Assembly (NCBI GenBank): GCA_949285325.1
Contig: CASDYZ010000007.1
Coordinates: 149,629-213,628, forward strand
Source: an uncultured bacterium
GTDB taxonomy: Bacteria; Bacillota_I; Bacilli_A; RFN20; CAG-826
Length of the DNA stretch: 64,000 nt
Direction: 5' to 3'
Positions 27,929-37,836 of this stretch are shown here, in pieces. How positions within the stretch are numbered: position 1 is the first letter of the stretch; each line of letters begins with the position of its first letter. The position numbers and the translations under genes are program-made. The notes below the pieces were generated by a model. That model saw nothing but the letters and a program-made list of their open reading frames with translations. It was not told the origin of the DNA and searched no databases.

Positions 27929-27950
27929 AATTTCATTATAATATAATTAA
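27929..27950 (-). promoter_or_regulatory. shared 22-nt promoter/operator element, copy 2 (AATTTCATTATAATATAATTAA)
   Basis: 20 of 22 identical to 17457-17478. It lies 39 nt upstream of the minus-strand SBP ATG. On the minus strand it reads TTGTTT-16 nt-TATAAT. Confidence 0.4.
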
Positions 27951-28063
27951 TCGTGAAAACAACGGAAAAATGTGAAATTGATAAACAAATTTTTTCATAA
28001 AACAAAAAAATGCTTTATTTTTTAAAAAATCATTTATAATTATTAATGTGAAGGAACAAATTT

Positions 28064-29494
28064 ATGAATAATTTTAAATTTTCTAACATTTTATTTATTT
28101 TTGCTTGTTGTCTACCTCTTTTTGGATGTGGTAATGATTCATCTAGTGAAGAAGATACATTAGACACTATTGAAGTTGGTGAACAAATAAGAATTTTAAA
28201 TAATGTAAAATTTGATGAAGACAATTTATTTTTTGATGATTTTACTAATGGTGTCGATTACGACAATTGGATAATCGGTAGTGGTGCGTGGGGCAACGGT
28301 AATGGTGGCGTCGTACCCGACAATGTTTTTTATACCGATGATGGTGTATTACTCCTAAGAGGTAATGGTCTACATTACACCAAAGGAGAAGTAAAAGGAT
28401 TAGGCATGCTTAAAGACGGTAGAAATACTGGGGCTGCCCTCATATCAAAATTTTTAACAGGTCCAGGTCGATATGAAATAAAGATGAAACCATTAGGTCG
28501 GCTTGGCGCGTGTACTGCTTTTTGGACATATAACAATATCACAGATCCTAACGGCGGAGAAAATTTAAACCACGAAATTGATATTGAAATGCCGGGCGGG
28601 AAAAACGATGGCATCATATCTTTTAAAAATGTTTTAAATACTAATTATATTACTGAATCATTTTCAACTTCTAAGGATGTTAATTATGAGTCAATTACAA
28701 GTGACGCAATTTATTTTAATGATGGCAATTTCCATACATTTGGATTCGATTGGTATACAAATCCTGGCTTAATTGTTTATTTTTGTGATGGAATTGTAAC
28801 CGCGGTAAGCGATGTATTTATCCCTGATTTATTATCTAGACTTTGGCTTGGTGTATGGTTTCCAAATAACGCTGGATTTGTTGGCGAATCTTTGTTTGAA
28901 ACTGATTATATGCAAGTCGATTGGGTAAAATATTTACCATTTGATGAATCGCAACCATTTACTGAGCAAGATGCATCCATATCGGTAAATGCCGCACTAG
29001 AAAGAGAATATCCTTCTTCCCCTGTTTCTTATCCAGAAATCAATTTAATTTCTAATGGTGATTTTGAATACGTCAGTTCTCATCCTCAAGATGGATACGG
29101 GTGGAATTATTCGAGATTAAATACTGAAGATAAAGAAGTTAGTGAAGTTTGCTACGCCAGTCACGATGGATATCAAGATTCCTATGGGGCGAGTATTAAA
29201 GAAGGCGGATACTTAACGATGAATATCGATTCTTGTTATGAAGGATATGAATATACTTTATCTTTTAAAGCAAAATCTAGTGGAAGTGATTCAAACGCTG
29301 TTATAAATTTCGTCGGAGCCTCTTCTTCAAGAGCGATCGAATCAAAGACTATTAATATTACTTCAAGTGAATGGGAAACTTATACACTAGACGTAAAAGC
29401 ACCTATCGATTCTTATTCTATTCGTCTTGAATTTTATAACAAAGAAAGTATCAGCACACTTCAAGTTGATAATGTCGAATTGGTGAGAAAATAA
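28064..29494 (+). CDS. GH16 beta-glucanase lipoprotein with C-terminal CBM4_9-like domain
   Basis: 476 aa. Lipobox LPLFGC. Catalytic NHEIDIEMPG. NGDFEY..LQVDNVELV carbohydrate-binding-module pattern. The catalytic domain is paralogous to that of 18832. Confidence 0.85.
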   Translation: MNNFKFSNILFIFACCLPLFGCGNDSSSEEDTLDTIEVGEQIRILNNVKFDEDNLFFDDFTNGVDYDNWIIGSGAWGNGNGGVVPDNVFYTDDGVLLLRGNGLHYTKGEVKGLGMLKDGRNTGAALISKFLTGPGRYEIKMKPLGRLGACTAFWTYNNITDPNGGENLNHEIDIEMPGGKNDGIISFKNVLNTNYITESFSTSKDVNYESITSDAIYFNDGNFHTFGFDWYTNPGLIVYFCDGIVTAVSDVFIPDLLSRLWLGVWFPNNAGFVGESLFETDYMQVDWVKYLPFDESQPFTEQDASISVNAALEREYPSSPVSYPEINLISNGDFEYVSSHPQDGYGWNYSRLNTEDKEVSEVCYASHDGYQDSYGASIKEGGYLTMNIDSCYEGYEYTLSFKAKSSGSDSNAVINFVGASSSRAIESKTINITSSEWETYTLDVKAPIDSYSIRLEFYNKESISTLQVDNVELVRK

Positions 29495-29495
29495 A

Positions 29496-30515
29496 ATGGA
29501 AGAAAATGTATTGCAACCAACTGAAGAAATAATAGATAAAAATTTAACTCCTAGTGAGAGAGCTAAATCTTTTAAACCTGAGCAAAAAAAGCATTTGAGT
29601 AGAAGAACTAGAGACTATATTTTTGTCATCATCATGCTTTTATATCCAGTCTTGCAGTTTGTTATAACTTGGGCTTTCGTCAATATTAATTCATTGATAC
29701 ACGCTTTTCAGTATGGAAGAATTGATGGGACTTATGAATGGGCTGGATTTGACCAATTTATTAAAATATTTGATGACTTTTTTAATTCGTCATTAAATAC
29801 GACTGGTGTCAGTTGGCTAAATAATACATCTGTAATACTACTCAATTCTTTAGGTTTTGCGTTTATTACTATTTTTATATCTTTACCATTATCTTTATTA
29901 TTTTCTTATTTTTTATCAAAGAAAATGCCATTAGCCAATGTCTTTAGAGCGATATTTTTCTTACCTAATATCATCCCAGTAGTCGCACTTACATTCGCAT
30001 TTGCTATGGGGTTTGATTCAACATATGGTTATTTATATGATTTTATGATTTGGTTAGGATTTAACGACAATTTCTTCTCGGTTTGGCCTACTTCTCAAAT
30101 AATGGTGTATATTTACTGTATTTGGGCTGGATTAGGATATAACATCATTCTTCTTTCTGGGGCGATTGGAAGAATCCCTAAAGAATTATTTGAATCAGCT
30201 AAACTAGATCACGCTGGATATTTTAAAGAATTTATCCACGTTGTCATTCCTTGCATTTGGCCGACGATAGTCACTTTAGTCATATTAGGCATGACAAATG
30301 TTTTAACTCTTTATTTACAGCCTCTTCTTTTAACTAATGGAGAAGGAAATACTTATACTATCTCATTAGATATATTCCTAGCGACCGCTTCTTATTCTCC
30401 TGCTCAGTATTGCTCCGCCGCGGCAAAAGGTTTACTTTGCTCAGCAATTTGGGCACCAATAATTATGCTAGTAAGAAATTTAATGTCAAAAAAATATCAA
30501 GGAGTGGATTATTGA
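29496..30515 (+). CDS. ABC sugar transporter permease (MalF/UgpA-like)
   Basis: 339 aa, 6 TM segments. EAA loop ESAKLDHAGYFKEFIHVVIP. Confidence 0.9.
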   Translation: MEENVLQPTEEIIDKNLTPSERAKSFKPEQKKHLSRRTRDYIFVIIMLLYPVLQFVITWAFVNINSLIHAFQYGRIDGTYEWAGFDQFIKIFDDFFNSSLNTTGVSWLNNTSVILLNSLGFAFITIFISLPLSLLFSYFLSKKMPLANVFRAIFFLPNIIPVVALTFAFAMGFDSTYGYLYDFMIWLGFNDNFFSVWPTSQIMVYIYCIWAGLGYNIILLSGAIGRIPKELFESAKLDHAGYFKEFIHVVIPCIWPTIVTLVILGMTNVLTLYLQPLLLTNGEGNTYTISLDIFLATASYSPAQYCSAAAKGLLCSAIWAPIIMLVRNLMSKKYQGVDY

Positions 30516-30516
30516 T

Positions 30517-31419
30517 ATGGAAGATTTAAAAGTAGCGTTTGAAGGCTCTCCTAAAAAGAAACAAAAAAGAATAGATGTTGGTTACCATTTTGGTAAGTGG
30601 TTTGTTTTTGGTCTATTTGTCATATATGCGATCACTCTTTTATTCCCATTTCTTTGGATGCTCATAAATTCATTTAAAACTGGTGAAGAATTTATGACTG
30701 GTAATATTTTTGGTTTTCCTAAAGTCTTTTACGGTATGAACTTTATCGAAGTACTCACTTACGAAGTTGAAGGGCAAACAGTTTGGTCGATGATTATTAT
30801 GTCGATTATCACTACAGTATTAGGCACTGTCATAAATGTATTTTTATCAGCTTGTGCGGCTTACTGCCTTGCTAAATATAAGTTTATTGGTAGAAATATA
30901 ATTTATGGTTTAGCTATCTTCACCATGGTGGTGCCAATTGTCGGTACCCTTCCTTCTCAAGTCGTCATGCTTGAAACATTTGGTATGGATGAATCATTGT
31001 TAGGAGTTTTATTCCTCTATTCTGGATGTTTTGGATTTAATTTCATCCTTCTTTATTCAGCTTTTTCAAGCATATCGACAAGTTATATGGAGGCCGCCCA
31101 AATCGACTGCGCTGGTCGATTTAAAACATTTTTTACCATCATGCTTCCAATGGCAAAAGGACCTATTATCGCTTGTTCAATTTTACAAGCAATTACATAT
31201 TGGAACGATTATTCTACCCCGAGATTATTTATGCCAAGCGACATGACAACCTTGGCGGTCGGATTACAAAAAATACAAGAAAGTTTAGGAAATACAAGTG
31301 GAGATTATCCGATGGTATTCGCCTCGATGCTCATCGCCATTTTCCCAATATTGATTTTATATTTATGCTTCCAAAAACGCATTATTGAAAGCACGAATGC
31401 TGGAGGATTAAAAGGATGA
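30517..31419 (+). CDS. ABC sugar transporter permease (MalG/UgpE-like)
   Basis: 300 aa. EAA loop EAAQIDCAGRFKTFFTIMLP. 1-nt gap from the upstream permease. Confidence 0.9.
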   Translation: MEDLKVAFEGSPKKKQKRIDVGYHFGKWFVFGLFVIYAITLLFPFLWMLINSFKTGEEFMTGNIFGFPKVFYGMNFIEVLTYEVEGQTVWSMIIMSIITTVLGTVINVFLSACAAYCLAKYKFIGRNIIYGLAIFTMVVPIVGTLPSQVVMLETFGMDESLLGVLFLYSGCFGFNFILLYSAFSSISTSYMEAAQIDCAGRFKTFFTIMLPMAKGPIIACSILQAITYWNDYSTPRLFMPSDMTTLAVGLQKIQESLGNTSGDYPMVFASMLIAIFPILILYLCFQKRIIESTNAGGLKG

Positions 31420-34394
31420 AAAACAAAAATATTATTTTATCAGTTGCGTTTCTTAGTTTGTCGTTATTGTCAGGTTGTTCAAATAATAAAATAACTTCTT
31501 TAACATTCTCTCAAAGCGAGTATGTCATTAAAAATAACGATGCAGTAGTCGTCAAAGAAAAAAGCGATGATATCATCTATTCTTTCGCGGGCGATATACC
31601 TAGTGGACTTTCTCTCAACGAGAAAAGTGGTGTCATAACTTTTGACGAGACAATTCCAAATTATACTCAAGTGTTATATTATGCATATTTAAAAAATGGA
31701 GATATTAAATCCGACTATGTCGTTTTAACACTAACAAAAGAGATAGAACAATCAGTTTTAAATTTTGTCAATCCTATCGATTATATAAGCAATGGCGATT
31801 ATATTTTAGCCACTAATTCAAATGGGCTTTCAATAAAATATGAATTAATAGGTGAACCTAACGGTATATCTATCGATTCAGTAACTGGTCGCATAAGCTT
31901 TACTGATTCAGTTATAAATGAAGAGATTTTTGAAGTAAAAATATCAAGTCACGACACTTCTTTAACAAAAGAATTTATAGCCGCGACTAAGGAGTTAGCG
32001 AGCGTTAAAAATAATGTGCAGTCAAGTGAACTTAATTCAAATTCACCTGTCGCTTATTTCATTGATTTTGATGCGATTGTTTCAAGCCAATATACAAAAG
32101 AATTTGTCGGTGTCATGTACAACAAACAAATAGTGGACGCATCAAATTACACATATAGTGATGAAAATAAACAATTAACTCTTCTCCCTTCATTTTTAAA
32201 TACATTTACTGCGGGCGAGAACGAAATAATAATTATTACATCTAGAAATACAATTTCTGTATCTTTATTAGTCGCGACTAAATTTATCCGCACTGCATCG
32301 GACTTAGCAAGTATTGGTGAAAATAGAGATGCGTTGAAAGGGTATTATATATTACTTAACGATATAGACTTGACTTCTTATCTCTCTTTGGGCGGAGAAG
32401 GATATAATGACGGCAAGGGATGGGATCCTATCGGTATATATCACGATGTGACAGATGGAACAGCCTTACTCGATACATTCCAAGGAACGTTTGACGGCAA
32501 TGGTTACACCATCAGTGGACTATATATCAATAGAAGCGATGAATTATCTTATAATTCTGGTTTATTTGGTTATGTCTCTAATCTTGGTGTCATTAAAAAT
32601 TTAGGTGTCACATCAAGAGAAGGTTTTACTAATTCTGTTCGCTCCTATAGCGGTGGTCTAGTTGGATTTAACGCGGGGAACATTTCAAACTGTTGGGCAG
32701 ACGTCGATTTAACTAATTATTCAGGTGAAAATATATTTAGAATCATCGGCGGGCTAGTTGGAAGAAATGAAGGCACGATTACTAACTGTTTTGCTTATGG
32801 AAGTGTAAGTGGCGATGAGTCAGTAGGCTCCTTTGCTGGATATAATTCTGGGACGATTGAAAATTGTTTTGCCTCAATTGAAGGAAGTGAAAAATTTATT
32901 GGAGATGGATTAGAATCATCTACTTCTATCCAATTTAATTCATTAACAGAACTTTATAATTACAATTATTCAGATATTTTAGATGTAACTTATTGGACAC
33001 ATAATCAAGGAGAAAAACCAAAATTAAACCAATATTTGCAGTATTATTTCTTATTTGACATTGAAATTGCAAATGCTGATCTAACCATTGATAAAGGTGA
33101 TGTGCTTTCTATTGAAGTAACTATTAATCCAATGAATTTGTATGAAAAGTACATTGACCAAATTATATATACAATTGATGGAGAAGGATACGTTTTAGAA
33201 GGTAATAAGATTTATACTTCTAGTGCGAGTGAATATGAATTGATAGTAACTATCTCTCTCACTGTAGAAGAAACAACATTTACCGATACAAAAACATTTA
33301 CGTTATACGATAAAGTTGAAAGCGTCACTATTTCTAGTGAAGTGTCTTCGACAATGGAAGCAGGACAAACTTATCAATTAATTTGTGATATTGTTCCACT
33401 CAGTGCTAGACAAGATGTTGAATGGCACACCGCACCATCGAATATTGAAGGGATTGTTATCGATGGGGATATGTTAACTATTACCGACGAGGTGGAGGTT
33501 GATTCGTTTAATCTTTATGCTTCGGCAAGTGGAATTAACTCTAATATGGTTACTATCACAGTTAAAAGATTTATATATTTAGAAAATATTTACACTTATA
33601 ACCAAAATACTTTACCATCGAACATAAAAATTAATATACCTTCTTCTAACAACGTATTAGACGCATTAGTGCTAGTTGATGGAGAAGAAGCAAATTATGA
33701 AACTGAAGAAAATAATATCGTTTTATCATCTAGTTTATTTACATCTAAACCAAATGAATCAATTTTAGTTAGTGTAAAAACTAATGATGGTGGTATGTAT
33801 AAGACATACGTGACATATTTTGATCATCCTCGATACGATGAAGAATATTTAAAATCAAATTCTAGTGAATATATAACTCTTTCTACAAAAGAAGATTTCT
33901 ATAAATATTTCAATATGAAAGATTACGATGAATCTAGATTTGACAATTATTATTCAAAGACATTCATCCTAACTGCAGATATCGATTTTGGCGGTGAGAC
34001 AATATATGGTATCGGCTATGAAGGTAGTAGTTTTAGTGGAAAAATTTATGGAAATGGACATAAAATAAGTAATGCAAACATTAACGAAAATGAACAATAT
34101 TTCACCTTTGATGAAGCTGGTAAACAAGATAACTACCGTTCATCAAAATACGCGGTTGGTTTCTTTGGGGCATTCAATGGCGAAATATACGATGTCGTTT
34201 TTGAAAATATTGATGTTTATGCCAATAACTGGGTTGGTACTTTCGCGTGTACGATTGAAACAAATGCAGTGCTAGAAAATATCAGTTTTATAAACTGTTC
34301 ATCTATTGCTGATGGGGGTTCTCAAGGTGATGTTGCCCCGACAATCTACGGTGAACTACGCGCGGTATATTACGATTATAGATTAGTTAAATAG
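31416..34394 (+). CDS. large surface lipoprotein with Ig-like repeats and GLUG-motif blocks
   Basis: 992 aa. ATGA overlap with the permease stop. Lipobox LSLLSGC. He_PIG-like repeats (PSGLSLNEKSGVITF, NGISIDSVTGRISF). GLUG-type repeats (SGLFGYVSNLGVIKN, GGLVGFNAGNISNC, GGLVGRNEGTITNC, GSFAGYNSGTIENC). A Big_2-like segment, and a second GLUG block near the C-terminus. Confidence 0.6.
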   Translation: MKNKNIILSVAFLSLSLLSGCSNNKITSLTFSQSEYVIKNNDAVVVKEKSDDIIYSFAGDIPSGLSLNEKSGVITFDETIPNYTQVLYYAYLKNGDIKSDYVVLTLTKEIEQSVLNFVNPIDYISNGDYILATNSNGLSIKYELIGEPNGISIDSVTGRISFTDSVINEEIFEVKISSHDTSLTKEFIAATKELASVKNNVQSSELNSNSPVAYFIDFDAIVSSQYTKEFVGVMYNKQIVDASNYTYSDENKQLTLLPSFLNTFTAGENEIIIITSRNTISVSLLVATKFIRTASDLASIGENRDALKGYYILLNDIDLTSYLSLGGEGYNDGKGWDPIGIYHDVTDGTALLDTFQGTFDGNGYTISGLYINRSDELSYNSGLFGYVSNLGVIKNLGVTSREGFTNSVRSYSGGLVGFNAGNISNCWADVDLTNYSGENIFRIIGGLVGRNEGTITNCFAYGSVSGDESVGSFAGYNSGTIENCFASIEGSEKFIGDGLESSTSIQFNSLTELYNYNYSDILDVTYWTHNQGEKPKLNQYLQYYFLFDIEIANADLTIDKGDVLSIEVTINPMNLYEKYIDQIIYTIDGEGYVLEGNKIYTSSASEYELIVTISLTVEETTFTDTKTFTLYDKVESVTISSEVSSTMEAGQTYQLICDIVPLSARQDVEWHTAPSNIEGIVIDGDMLTITDEVEVDSFNLYASASGINSNMVTITVKRFIYLENIYTYNQNTLPSNIKINIPSSNNVLDALVLVDGEEANYETEENNIVLSSSLFTSKPNESILVSVKTNDGGMYKTYVTYFDHPRYDEEYLKSNSSEYITLSTKEDFYKYFNMKDYDESRFDNYYSKTFILTADIDFGGETIYGIGYEGSSFSGKIYGNGHKISNANINENEQYFTFDEAGKQDNYRSSKYAVGFFGAFNGEIYDVVFENIDVYANNWVGTFACTIETNAVLENISFINCSSIADGGSQGDVAPTIYGELRAVYYDYRLVK

Positions 34395-34405
34395 GAGCTG
34401 ATTTT

Positions 34406-35563
34406 ATGGACAAAAAATTAGGTAAAGATCAAACATATTCAAGATTATTAAATAATCAGCTCGTCATTTCTAAGCTACAACAAAATGATTACTCTGCGAC
34501 TGATTTAGCAAAAAAATTATCCCTTTCTAATGCGACGATGTCCTCAATTATTAAAGAACTTTTAAGTGAAGGCCTTATTAAAGTGTCTTCTACTTCTTCA
34601 ATAAAAGGATGCGGAAGAAAGCAAGTATTTTACACAATTAATGAAAAATATGGACTTATACTCGCGGTTAATATATCTAATTTTCAAGCTAAAATCTCAG
34701 TATCTAACGTTAAAGAAGAAATACTCGCGACTGAGATAATCGACGTCGATAAATACAATATTGAAACTATTTATTTAATACTGTTAAAAGCGTCACAAAT
34801 ATTGATGGACGAACAATTTAGAAACACCCCATTAAAAGATATTATTATTTCTTTACCTGGTCGAGTCAATCGCTCCACAGGTGAACTTGTGTTATCTAAA
34901 CAATTTGATCCAGAATTATTTAAAGAACAAAATTTTATATCTAATTTATTTGCTAAACAATTTCCTTCCGTGCCTATCCATCTCGCAAACGATGTCAATG
35001 TATCAGCACGTGGGGAGATGAAAAAAGGCGCCTTGGTCGATGAGAAAAACGCCCTATATATTTCTCTTGACACTGGTATTGGTGGGTCATTAATCGTCGA
35101 CTCTATGTTGTTTGAAGGTGATCAAGGCTACGCTGGTGAGTTCGGTTTAATGAAAATATATTACGATGGCCGTTATGAATGTCTAGATGAATTTTCTTCC
35201 CTTAGAGTGCTCATTGAAAAGGCTGAAAAAATAAGTGGACAAAATTTAAATATGTCGAGGACAAAATTAATTGAATTATATAAAAATAATGAGCAAATTA
35301 AACAAGAAGTGCTTAAAAGTGCCTCGGTTTTAGGGAAATGTATCGCAAATTTAGTTGAAATGTTTGATATTTCTACTATCGTAATCGCAGGTAGGGCAAT
35401 CGAATTTGGTGATGAATATTTAGAAGCAGTTAAAAAAGAAACATCTCACCTGATTTACGCCCCATCAATTAAATTTTCTACTCTTGGAAGAAATAGCAAA
35501 ATAATCGGTGCGACTGTCATGGGAGTCGACTATGTATTAAGTCGCGACGCGAAGAAAAATTAG
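34406..35563 (+). CDS. ROK-family transcriptional regulator (NagC/XylR type)
   Basis: 385 aa. N-terminal wHTH (YSATDLAKKLSLSNATMSSIIKELLSEG). ROK core with DTGIGGSLIV and GYAGEFG. Confidence 0.85.
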   Translation: MDKKLGKDQTYSRLLNNQLVISKLQQNDYSATDLAKKLSLSNATMSSIIKELLSEGLIKVSSTSSIKGCGRKQVFYTINEKYGLILAVNISNFQAKISVSNVKEEILATEIIDVDKYNIETIYLILLKASQILMDEQFRNTPLKDIIISLPGRVNRSTGELVLSKQFDPELFKEQNFISNLFAKQFPSVPIHLANDVNVSARGEMKKGALVDEKNALYISLDTGIGGSLIVDSMLFEGDQGYAGEFGLMKIYYDGRYECLDEFSSLRVLIEKAEKISGQNLNMSRTKLIELYKNNEQIKQEVLKSASVLGKCIANLVEMFDISTIVIAGRAIEFGDEYLEAVKKETSHLIYAPSIKFSTLGRNSKIIGATVMGVDYVLSRDAKKN

Positions 35564-35579
35564 ATGAGAGGTAATATAG

Positions 35580-36746
35580 ATGGAACTCAAATTAATTAAT
35601 GTTTCAAAAATATATAAAGGTAAGAAGAAAAACGACGATGTAGTCGCGGTCGATAATTTTAATTTAACTATCGATAAAAAGGAATTCGTCGTCTTTGTAG
35701 GCCCCAGTGGATGTGGTAAATCAACCACTCTAAGGATGATTGCAGGACTCGAGGACATTTCTAAAGGTGAACTTTATATGGACGGTGAACTAATGAATAA
35801 AGTTGAACCAAAGTTTCGCAATGTGGCGATGGTATTTCAAAACTACGCTCTTTATCCTCACATGACTGCCTATCAAAATATGGCGTTTGGTCTTAAAAAT
35901 ATGCACATCCCAAAAGATGAAATCGATAAGAGAATAAATGAGGCAGTTAAAATATTAGATATAGAGCATCTATTACACCGTAAACCTAAAGCAATGAGTG
36001 GTGGTGAAAGGCAAAGAGTCGCTCTTGGTAGGGCGATTGTTAGAACTCCTCGATTATTTTTACTTGATGAACCTCTTTCTAATTTAGACGCCAAACTACG
36101 AGCCCAGATGCGTGTTGAAATTACTAAATTATACGACAAATTAGATACACCATTTATCTATGTTACCCACGACCAAGTAGAAGCGATGACCATGGGTACG
36201 ATTATTGTCGTCATGAGAAAAGGTGTCATTCAGCAAATTGATAGACCTGAAAATTTATACGATTTTCCTAAAAATAGATTTGTCGCTGGATTTATTGGTA
36301 CACCGCAAATGAATTTTTATGAAGTTAGTATAAAAAGAGTATTAAATTCTATTGAAATAACTCTCCCCGAAAATAATAAATTGAAGGTTGGATTAGTAAA
36401 ACTTAGAAAAATTAAAGATGAATATTTAGATGGAAATGAACATAAAGTTATTTTAGGTATTAGACCTGAACATGTTCATATAGTTAGTAAAAAACAAGAT
36501 GATAGTTTTCAAGTCGAGACAACAATTTGTGAAAACTTAGGAAGTGAGACGCTCGTATACGCTGATTTTGCGTTAGGTAAAGATAAAAATATACGTGAAT
36601 CTACTTCATCTATTGTTATTAAAAAATATGATAGGAATTTATATTCTCCTAAATCAAACATTTTTGTCGAATTTGAAAAAGATAAAATCCATCTATTTTC
36701 TAGCGATGAAAAAGAAGAGACTATTTACCAAATAGATGATAAATAA
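35580..36746 (+). CDS. sugar ABC transporter ATP-binding protein (MsmK/MalK/UgpC type)
   Basis: 388 aa. GPSGCGKST, MSGGERQRVALGRA, LFLLDEPLSNLD, VTHDQ. C-terminal TOBE-like regulatory domain. Confidence 0.92.
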   Translation: MELKLINVSKIYKGKKKNDDVVAVDNFNLTIDKKEFVVFVGPSGCGKSTTLRMIAGLEDISKGELYMDGELMNKVEPKFRNVAMVFQNYALYPHMTAYQNMAFGLKNMHIPKDEIDKRINEAVKILDIEHLLHRKPKAMSGGERQRVALGRAIVRTPRLFLLDEPLSNLDAKLRAQMRVEITKLYDKLDTPFIYVTHDQVEAMTMGTIIVVMRKGVIQQIDRPENLYDFPKNRFVAGFIGTPQMNFYEVSIKRVLNSIEITLPENNKLKVGLVKLRKIKDEYLDGNEHKVILGIRPEHVHIVSKKQDDSFQVETTICENLGSETLVYADFALGKDKNIRESTSSIVIKKYDRNLYSPKSNIFVEFEKDKIHLFSSDEKEETIYQIDDK

Positions 36747-36764
36747 TTTAAAGAAAGGACAGAT

Positions 36765-37820
36765 ATGATAAAACCAATCGATATTAAAAAGCTCCACATG
36801 TATGAAGAGATACATGAGCAAGCAGACGCTGTCAAAAAGACAAAAGAAATCAATTTAGAAAAAATCAAATTGATCGCATCAAAAATCAAAGAAAAAAATA
36901 TTACTAATGTCGTCCTTTCAGCGCGTGGTTCTAGCGACAATGTATGCGTATATTTTAAATATATGTGTGAAATATTTGCTGACATACCTTGTGGATTTGC
37001 TGCCCCTAGCGTATCGACAATATATGGCGGGAAATTAAAATATAAAAACACTTTAGTTATCGGCGTTTCTCAATCAGGCGCAGGATTAGATATTTTAAAT
37101 GTCATAGAAGAAGCTAAAAAGAGCGGGGCCCTAACAGTGGCAATTACTAATTATGAATCATCTTTATTAGCCCAAGCCGCTGATTATTCTTTATTCTTAG
37201 GTTGTGGGGATGAAAAAAGTGTCGCCGCGACAAAGACTTTTATTACAGAGATGTATTTATTAGGTTTGATGTGTGCAGAAATAAGCGACAGCAATTATTT
37301 AAGACACAATCTTGATTTAGTGCCATCACTATTAATAGAAGCATTAAATGAAGAAGATAAAGTATTTGAACTAGCAAAAAAATGTACGTCATTTTACGAT
37401 TGTTATTTCTTGTCGAGAGGTATTAACTATGTCTCAGTATTAGAGTCCGCCCTCAAATTACAAGAAACGACATATATTAAATCAAAGGCATATTCTGTCT
37501 CTGATTTTTATCACGGTCCATTTGCGGTGGTTGATTCCACACAAAACATTTTCCTTCTCCACGGACAAGGATTATGCAATATGGACTTGTACGAAATGTT
37601 TGAAAAATTGATGGATGCAAACGCGAACGTTATTGTCATAAGTAACGATCCTTATTTCACCGATTATTCAAAGACATTTTTTGTTCCAAAATGCGAGGAG
37701 TGTGTCTCGCCTTTTGTCATCATTGAAATTATGCAACTTTTCTCTTGTGCATTATCGGTTTATAAAGGAAATAATCCAGATATACCAAGAGGATTAAAAA
37801 AAGTAACTGTAACAAGGTAG
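36765..37820 (+). CDS. tandem-SIS sugar-phosphate isomerase/deaminase (AgaS / NagB-II / GlmD-like; GlmS isomerase half without glutaminase)
   Basis: 351 aa. First SIS with VIGVSQSGAGLD, second SIS around YFLSRGINY..LKLQETTYI..HGP. No N-terminal Cys glutaminase domain. Confidence 0.7.
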   Translation: MIKPIDIKKLHMYEEIHEQADAVKKTKEINLEKIKLIASKIKEKNITNVVLSARGSSDNVCVYFKYMCEIFADIPCGFAAPSVSTIYGGKLKYKNTLVIGVSQSGAGLDILNVIEEAKKSGALTVAITNYESSLLAQAADYSLFLGCGDEKSVAATKTFITEMYLLGLMCAEISDSNYLRHNLDLVPSLLIEALNEEDKVFELAKKCTSFYDCYFLSRGINYVSVLESALKLQETTYIKSKAYSVSDFYHGPFAVVDSTQNIFLLHGQGLCNMDLYEMFEKLMDANANVIVISNDPYFTDYSKTFFVPKCEECVSPFVIIEIMQLFSCALSVYKGNNPDIPRGLKKVTVTR

Positions 37821-37836
37821 TAGGAGGTTAGAATGT

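Noticed and set aside
31031-31388. Same-strand alternative-frame ORFs (31031-31246 and 31173-31388 in the permease; 11571-11822 in feoB; 34072-34275; 49551-49760; 50127-50315; 55957-56190).
   Set aside because: They are embedded in well-supported genes, have no SD or start context, and have unremarkable composition. Nothing suggests functional overprinting.
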